DNA from: an uncultured Candidatus Saccharibacteria bacterium
GTDB lineage: Bacteria > Patescibacteriota > Minisyncoccia > Phycocordibacterales > Phycocordibacteraceae
NCBI GenBank assembly: GCA_964546795.1
Contig: CAZJKG010000002.1
Location: forward strand, 6,307 to 70,306
Direction of reading: 5' to 3'
DNA length: 64,000 nt
The translations under genes were made by a program, and so were the position numbers. The notes under the pieces were generated by a model. It saw only the letters and a program-made list of their open reading frames with translations, had not been told where the DNA came from and did no database searches. This document shows, one piece after another, positions 59,068 through 64,000 of this stretch (its first letter is position 1; each line of letters starts with the position of its first letter).

Positions 59068-60363
59068 ATGTCGACAAAAGTGGTCGAAAATTGGCGCACA
59101 AACGCCAAAAAAGATCTCGAGGAAATGATAGTGAAATTGGACGAGGAGTTCGAAGCGGAAAAGAAAGAAATTAAGAAACAGAAGGCGAAGGATGCCTCAC
59201 TCTATGAACCAGCTGACCGGTATTACTGGGCTACAGTCGCGCTGTACGTCTTCACGCAAGTGATACTGGGGCTTCTTGTATCGCTTCCATTAACAACGGA
59301 AGTGGTGTCAATGGGAATTCCGGTCAACATTGGCGTGACAGCTCTACTGTTGCAAACCCTCCACTTCATCGGCTCCTTCCGCTCGATCAAAGTTGATGAT
59401 CTGGCTGGCTTCACCCTCTTCGGCCGACCGTGGTATGTTCCGAAACCGGGGCTCTATCTTGTCCCACTGTGGATCTTAAAAGTTATCCGAGCGAGTCGGA
59501 ATTACAAGGACAAACGTTTCCCTGGTCCAGCGGACAAAATCTTTCGGATTAGCTCAACGTTGCAGGATACTCGTGTGGGTGGTGATATTCCTCCTGAAGG
59601 CATGGTTCGCCCCATCTTCGTGATGACCGGGGAGCCGAAGTTAACCGAGGAAGATGAAAAGAAACTCAAAGATAACGGAGGAGCGAATCCTCTCGACCGG
59701 CAACTCTCGGCGGAGATAGCATATTTCGTTCGCTATCGCCCGGATCAGGAGTATGGCGGCATCTTCCGTATCGCCCGCAACCTTTCTGCACAGATCGGGG
59801 ATATTGATGAACGAATCTTGGACCTCGTGCAGGAACAGTCGGAACGCGATATGAAGGCCGTTCTCTCGCGTCATACGCCAGCAACGATCATCGAGAACTG
59901 GGACATCATCAACAAGGTCTTCGTTTTGAAACTTCGGTTGGCGGTCATGCGGCTCGGTATTGATGTTGATAAGAATGGCGGTGGACTCGACGACTTAAAC
60001 CTCAGTCATAAAACCAACGATGCGCAAGCAGAGGTGACACGAGAACAATTCAGAAAACATGCGACGATAACCAAGGCCGAAGCCGAAAAGATTAAACGCC
60101 AAAAAGAACGCGAAGGCGATGCTGCGGGAGAATTGGCGTGGCTTACCGCTGAGGCGGAGGGTCGTAAGAAAATGAAGGAGGCACTTAAGGTAAAGGGTGA
60201 TGCTGTTCTCGCTTCCGAATCCGTCCGCGGTATATTGGGTTCAACCGATGTGATTCTCGCAGGCGGTGAAGGTGGTATGAGAGACGTAATGACCTTCGTC
60301 AAGGGGGCTCAAAGCGTACTCAACTCTGGCCAGTCCAAACCTCAAACGGTGAAAGGAGCGTAG
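59068..60363 (+). CDS. SPFH/band-7 (stomatin/flotillin-like) domain membrane protein (tentative)
   Basis: N-terminal TM helices, then 'IKVDDLAGFTLFGRPWYVPKPGLYLVPLWILKVIRAS', which resembles the start of an SPFH domain. A long charged coiled-coil C-terminus follows. Confidence 0.45.
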   Translation: MSTKVVENWRTNAKKDLEEMIVKLDEEFEAEKKEIKKQKAKDASLYEPADRYYWATVALYVFTQVILGLLVSLPLTTEVVSMGIPVNIGVTALLLQTLHFIGSFRSIKVDDLAGFTLFGRPWYVPKPGLYLVPLWILKVIRASRNYKDKRFPGPADKIFRISSTLQDTRVGGDIPPEGMVRPIFVMTGEPKLTEEDEKKLKDNGGANPLDRQLSAEIAYFVRYRPDQEYGGIFRIARNLSAQIGDIDERILDLVQEQSERDMKAVLSRHTPATIIENWDIINKVFVLKLRLAVMRLGIDVDKNGGGLDDLNLSHKTNDAQAEVTREQFRKHATITKAEAEKIKRQKEREGDAAGELAWLTAEAEGRKKMKEALKVKGDAVLASESVRGILGSTDVILAGGEGGMRDVMTFVKGAQSVLNSGQSKPQTVKGA

Positions 60364-60365
60364 CA

Positions 60366-61121
60366 ATGAGTATCAGTACTGACGGACTGCTAGGAGCATC
60401 TGTCGTTGTTCTGGTGGTCTACATGATCTACGTATTCGGTACGAAGAAATCTTCCTGGAACCTTCCTTCCCTCGACAAAATCAAAACGCCGACTGTCTCC
60501 GAAAACTGGCTACTCGCTATCAGTGGCGTCCTGGTTCTCCTTTGGGGCATGTACACCCCGGGACTACGACCATCAGAGATAGGACAGTTTGGCTCTCGGT
60601 ATTGGTTGCAGATCGTCATCGGATGGGGTATCTTCGCTGCTCTCATTGCCCTCAACAAAGAGGTCTTTGGAACAGCGACAAAAACGCTTCAGGGAGTGCT
60701 GGCGGGAATTGTGTTCTTTCTCCTTGTCGGCTTTCCGACATGGTCCTGGATTTCGGGACCCAGTGGAACACTCGCTGTCAAAACTGTGGCTCAGGCACCG
60801 TTAAAGGAGCCAGCGCAAATTCTGCCGCAGAACGCGCCGAAGCTTCCGTTGGCAAAAGACCTGAAACAGGAAGAGTGGCCGCAACTGGTCTTGGCGGAAG
60901 ATGGAGAATCGGAACGTATTCCCATCCCATTCAAAATGCGTGTAGTGACGTTTGGAGAAGATTTCCGCGTCCACTGCGTGTATCGAGATGGGCATGAGAT
61001 TGACTTTGGCAAAGGGGAGGAGCCGTGTCCAGACGGCGATATGCCCTACGTCTACGTGACGAACGAGGCAGAAGGGCCGAATATGATCTCCTACGCCTAC
61101 GCTCCGATTGGAAGTTCCTAA
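60366..61121 (+). CDS. Membrane protein (4 TM + C-terminal soluble domain), translationally coupled to the SPFH-like gene
   Basis: Its ATG is 3 nt after the upstream stop. Could be the membrane partner of the SPFH protein. No family recognised. Confidence 0.4.
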   Translation: MSISTDGLLGASVVVLVVYMIYVFGTKKSSWNLPSLDKIKTPTVSENWLLAISGVLVLLWGMYTPGLRPSEIGQFGSRYWLQIVIGWGIFAALIALNKEVFGTATKTLQGVLAGIVFFLLVGFPTWSWISGPSGTLAVKTVAQAPLKEPAQILPQNAPKLPLAKDLKQEEWPQLVLAEDGESERIPIPFKMRVVTFGEDFRVHCVYRDGHEIDFGKGEEPCPDGDMPYVYVTNEAEGPNMISYAYAPIGSS

Positions 61122-61204
61122 AGTTCTTTTGATTTGAAAGGAGGTTTTCGAAGGGCCGCGCGACTAAAAATCGTGCGGCCTTTCTCTTTTTCTATTCACT
61201 GCCC

Positions 61205-61474
61205 CTATGGCGAAATCTTGTGTATCGGTGAAATGCCGAATGTCCCAAGCGCGAGATTGATGATGCCGTACGCACCGAAGATGATGACGAGGCCGATGAG
61301 GCCCCAGAAGATAGCGCTCTTGCCCTCCTCACGCTTCCCTTCGTCCCCCGCCTGCCGGATGAACTCAAACACGCCCCACAGGAATACGACAAACGCGCCC
61401 GCGATGAGCAGCAGAATAATCGGATTGATAATCTGGACGACGACTTTCTGGAGAAACTCGTTGAGAACGGGCAT
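61205..61474 (-). CDS. TrbC/VirB2-like pilin-family small membrane protein, paralog 1 of 6
   Basis: '...INPIILLLIAGAFVVFLWGVFEFIRQAGDEGKREEGKSAIFWGLIGLVIIFGAYGIINL': two hydrophobic helices flanking a short charged loop. Confidence 0.5.
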   Translation of the reverse strand: MPVLNEFLQKVVVQIINPIILLLIAGAFVVFLWGVFEFIRQAGDEGKREEGKSAIFWGLIGLVIIFGAYGIINLALGTFGISPIHKISP

Positions 61475-61484
61475 TTATCTAATA

Positions 61485-61910
61485 TCAAATTCCAAAAGGC
61501 GCTTTCGGTATACCACCGGTTGGCGCTCCACTAGTAAAACCAGTGGTACCAGTGAGGATATTCACGAGACCCCATACCGAGATCATAACGAAAAAACCGA
61601 TGAGGCCCCAGAGCATGAGATTCTTCCCTTTCTCCCTTACCTCTTCATTGTTGGCACCCAGAATGAAGGTATCGAACGCGCCCCACAAGAACACGATGAA
61701 AGCGACTGCGAAGAGCACTGGGACAAGAACATTGTTGATAGTATTGATAACAAGCGAACCAGCAGTCGAGAGATTGGTGGGCGTTTGAGCCAAAGAAACG
61801 AGCGGTAGAGCGAATGCAGCGAGTGTTCCCGAAAATATAGCGAGGGCTTTTTTCATAGTATGGGTAAGTGGATAACGAAGTAATTGTAACGTTCCTCTAG
61901 ACAGAGTCAA
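61485..61910 (-). CDS. TrbC/VirB2-like pilin-family small membrane protein, paralog 2
   Basis: The likely start is the internal 'MKKALAIFSGTLAAFALPLVSLA' signal peptide at ~61856. Core 'LVPVLFAVAFIVFLWGAF...NEEVREKGKNLMLWGLIGFFVMISVWGLVNIL'. Confidence 0.5.
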   Translation of the reverse strand: MTLSRGTLQLLRYPLTHTMKKALAIFSGTLAAFALPLVSLAQTPTNLSTAGSLVINTINNVLVPVLFAVAFIVFLWGAFDTFILGANNEEVREKGKNLMLWGLIGFFVMISVWGLVNILTGTTGFTSGAPTGGIPKAPFGI

Positions 61911-61937
61911 CTATACCTTCCCGTCTCGTGGGGATAG

Positions 61938-62228
61938 CTACAGTTTTGGATACGGGGGCGCACCGCCGCCCGGCACGAGCCAGAACGTGGCATTAACGAT
62001 CGCCACCAACCCCCAAAGAGAAAGAATAACGACGAAGCCAATGATGCCCCAAAGGACGAACTGCCGGCCCGTCTGACGCTCGGTGTCGCTCGCCGCACCG
62101 AGAATAAAATACTTGTAGACACCCCACAGGAAAGTGATGAATGCTATGGCTATCAAGGCCGGAACGAGAAGAACATTGATGATGTAGAGGATGTCACCCC
62201 CGTATTTTTGCAAAGGCATCAAATTCAT
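61938..62228 (-). CDS. TrbC/VirB2-like pilin-family small membrane protein, paralog 3
   Basis: 'INVLLVPALIAIAFITFLWGVYKYFILGAASDTERQTGRQFVLWGIIGFVVILSLWGLVAIV'. Confidence 0.5.
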   Translation of the reverse strand: MNLMPLQKYGGDILYIINVLLVPALIAIAFITFLWGVYKYFILGAASDTERQTGRQFVLWGIIGFVVILSLWGLVAIVNATFWLVPGGGAPPYPKL

Positions 62229-62239
62229 AACAAAACAGA

Positions 62240-62743
62240 TTACCGGACCGGCGGCGGCGGTCCGAATGACGAATAGGACGTCGGTTGGGGCAGTGCAAAA
62301 GAGCCCTGAAGGCCGAATGTGTTAGCAACGACATTCACAAGTCCCCAGAGCGATATCATGACCGCAAATGCAATGAGGCCCCACAGGATGATCTTATGCC
62401 CTTCCTTCACTCTCTCGGGATCTCCTACGGAAAAAATATACGCACGGGCAATGCCATAGAGGAACACGATGAAAGAAACCGCGAAAAGGAGCGGTACCAA
62501 CACGCCATTGATGACGTTAATAATAGTAATCGCGATGCCACTAATACCATACCCTCCTCCGAATCCGCCACCAAATGGCATACCAAAGATGCCATTCGAG
62601 AAAACTTGCGACGAGTACGAACTGATGCCTGGTACCGTATAACTGGTACGCAATTCTTGTGCTGATGTGAAGATTGGCATGAGAAGCACTATGAATACTA
62701 AAGCGACACGAACGACGGGTCTCATATGCGGGAAGTATGACAC
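62240..62743 (-). CDS. TrbC/VirB2-like pilin-family small membrane protein, paralog 4 (longer Gly-rich N-terminal part)
   Basis: Signal 'MRPVVRVALVFIVLLMPIFTSAQ'. Core 'LVPLLFAVSFIVFLYGIARAYIFSVGDPERVKEGHKIILWGLIAFAVMISLWGLVNVV'. Confidence 0.5.
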   Translation of the reverse strand: MSYFPHMRPVVRVALVFIVLLMPIFTSAQELRTSYTVPGISSYSSQVFSNGIFGMPFGGGFGGGYGISGIAITIINVINGVLVPLLFAVSFIVFLYGIARAYIFSVGDPERVKEGHKIILWGLIAFAVMISLWGLVNVVANTFGLQGSFALPQPTSYSSFGPPPPVR

Positions 62744-62744
62744 A

Positions 62745-63026
62745 TCAGGCGGTCGGCGCGATGCCGAGCGTGGATAACAAGATATTCACGAATCCCCATA
62801 CCGAGAAGAGCACTACCATGCCAATAATGCCCCAGAAGACGAATTGTCGTCCTTCGGAGCGCTTCCCTTCATCGCTGCCATGGAGGAAAAAATAGTTCAC
62901 GACACCCCAGATGAAAACCGCAAAAGCGAGAGCAAAAATAACCGGTATGACGACAGTGTTGAAAAGGCCGATGATACCGATGGACCCGCCGCCAACGTAT
63001 TGAGCAAAGGTCATAATTTTGGCCAA
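62745..63026 (-). CDS. TrbC/VirB2-like pilin-family small membrane protein, paralog 5
   Basis: 'VVIPVIFALAFAVFIWGVVNYFFLHGSDEGKRSEGRQFVFWGIIGMVVLFSVWGFVNIL'. Confidence 0.5.
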   Translation of the reverse strand: MAKIMTFAQYVGGGSIGIIGLFNTVVIPVIFALAFAVFIWGVVNYFFLHGSDEGKRSEGRQFVFWGIIGMVVLFSVWGFVNILLSTLGIAPTA

Positions 63027-63035
63027 CCGGGCATA

Positions 63036-63461
63036 TTAGCCGCCAGTGGAGAGCGCTTGCACGGTCGCCTTAATACCAATGGCGATGACCTTGGCTCCGA
63101 GGAGTATGAGAGCGCCAACGACGGTCCAGAGGAGCATTTGGCGCGCTTCGGTAATTTTGCCCGGTTCGCCACGCGCGGTGACGAATTTGAACCCGACGAA
63201 AACCATCATGAGAATGACGATGACCGGACCGATGGTGTTGGTAATGATGTTCAGAATGCTCAGTAAAAACGAATTGATACTCGTACCTTCGCCGAGCGGA
63301 TTAATGAGTTTGGTGCCGGTATTTCCCCCCGGTTGAAGGAAAGAACCGCCAGTATTTCCCCCGGGAGATACTATGGCAGATTGTGCGTGCTGGGCGGGCG
63401 CAGCGCCCGCCGCGATTATAACGAAAGCGAAAACAAGAAAAAAAATAGTGAAAAAACGCAT
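63036..63461 (-). CDS. TrbC/VirB2-like pilin-family small membrane protein, paralog 6
   Basis: Signal peptide 'MRFFTIFFLVFAFVIIAAGAAPA'. Core 'IGPVIVILMMVFVGFKFVTARGEPGKITEARQMLLWTVVGALILLGAKVIAI'. Confidence 0.45.
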   Translation of the reverse strand: MRFFTIFFLVFAFVIIAAGAAPAQHAQSAIVSPGGNTGGSFLQPGGNTGTKLINPLGEGTSINSFLLSILNIITNTIGPVIVILMMVFVGFKFVTARGEPGKITEARQMLLWTVVGALILLGAKVIAIGIKATVQALSTGG

Positions 63462-63463
63462 AA

Positions 63464-64000
63464 TTATTGTTGGAGAAGAGAGCTTAAAGAGCGCGCCGCG
63501 CTCCCAAGCACATCATCGACCGTGGAACGACCGCTTATCACGCTTCCAATCATACCCGAGAAGATGCGATTAACATCGGCAGGTGATGGGGATAGCCATC
63601 CTTTGCTGTAGAGCGCTTCGGCGTACGCGACCGCGGCAATGGGATCGGAGGAGGGAATGTTGGCAAGCTGGCTCAACGTTGCGGGTGCGAGTCCGGTCGC
63701 TCCCGCAGCAAGAGTTTGTTCGGTCGCATTGCTGAAGAGCGCGGCGGCCTGATAAGCGCCGGAGGGATTCTTGGCCCCACGCGGAATCATGAATGCATAC
63801 ACGAGGCCGTAGGCGCTTTTCTCCTTGGCGGTGGCACTTTGCGGCAGAGGCGTCACGTTGAAGTTGAGGTTCGGATTTGCCTCTCGCAGATAGCGTGCAC
63901 GGGACGCGTAGCCGAGATAGAGTGCAAGATCGCCCGCTATAAACATCTGCTCGGAATCCGGCAACGAAGTATTCCAGGTGTAGGAAACCTTGGCTGGATC
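63464..64000 (-). CDS. Hypothetical secreted protein, 5'-truncated by the window edge (possibly the C-terminal part of a solute-binding protein)
   Basis: The open frame runs to the window end. Weak resemblance to the C-terminal lobe of family-1 extracellular solute-binding proteins. Confidence 0.25.
   Translation of the reverse strand, partial: DPAKVSYTWNTSLPDSEQMFIAGDLALYLGYASRARYLREANPNLNFNVTPLPQSATAKEKSAYGLVYAFMIPRGAKNPSGAYQAAALFSNATEQTLAAGATGLAPATLSQLANIPSSDPIAAVAYAEALYSKGWLSPSPADVNRIFSGMIGSVISGRSTVDDVLGSAARSLSSLLQQ

Noticed and set aside
1-64000. CRISPR arrays, rRNA genes, integrase/transposase genes, toxin–antitoxin pairs
   Set aside because: No short regularly spaced direct repeats, no 16S/23S/5S-like sequence, and no ORFs with recombinase (R-H-R-Y) or DDE motifs were found. 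The island at 26–29 kb lacks an integrase within the window.

Overview
This 64 kb window reads as a GC-rich (~55–60%) bacterial chromosome segment with tightly packed genes. Recognisable housekeeping genes are uvrB, tgt, dnaX, serS, dprA, topA, a short rel/spoT, parB, miaA, clpB, a short infB, rbfA, murI, a Dus enzyme and a cysteine desulfurase. Seven tRNA genes are present: Gln, Leu-CAA, Trp, Cys, Leu-TAA, Leu-TAG and Lys. I found no rRNA, CRISPR array or integrase/transposase.

The short IF-2, the small proteome and the tandem pilin-like genes suggest a reduced-genome, possibly CPR/Patescibacteria-like organism; that is inference only.

The following lie outside ordinary housekeeping:
- **T4SS-like components** at three separated loci: a VirD4/VirB4-type ATPase with a large membrane protein (5.3–10.1 kb), a pilin-like N-terminus fused to an SLT lytic transglycosylase (47.8–49.1 kb), and six tandem TrbC/VirB2-like small membrane proteins (61.2–63.5 kb).
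- **A low-GC (~40%) island at 26.2–29.2 kb**, immediately 3' of tRNA-Gln. It carries an M23 peptidase, a coiled-coil protein, small membrane proteins and a regulator fusing sigma-70 region 4 to DnaA domain IV. Two genes in the island are preceded by a duplicated ~60–70 bp TATAAT-containing element.
- **A ~125 bp element with terminal inverted repeats present twice** (11.75 kb and 53.16 kb). In both copies it exactly fills the gap between an upstream stop codon and the ATG of an unrelated gene, and that ATG lies inside the right-hand repeat.
- **A copper/thiol-redox cluster**: ZIP transporter, two tandem DsbA paralogs, multicopper oxidase, CopA, a His/Met-rich membrane protein, a CXXC membrane protein, a third DsbA, and an unannotated 45-aa Met/Gly-rich peptide.
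- **A secreted protein with eight tandem ~44-aa four-cysteine repeats** and a Q/Y/S/P-rich tail.
- **A free-standing LAGLIDADG homing endonuclease** in an AT-rich patch that overlaps the 5' end of tRNA-Cys.
- **Several near-consensus sigma-70 promoters** of the form TTGACA–N17–TGCTAnnnT.

The first ~330 bp are AT-rich and encode a small ParB/Srx-fold protein, probably the edge of another island. Hand-located coordinates (tRNAs, promoters, hairpins, repeats) are approximate to ±2 nt.
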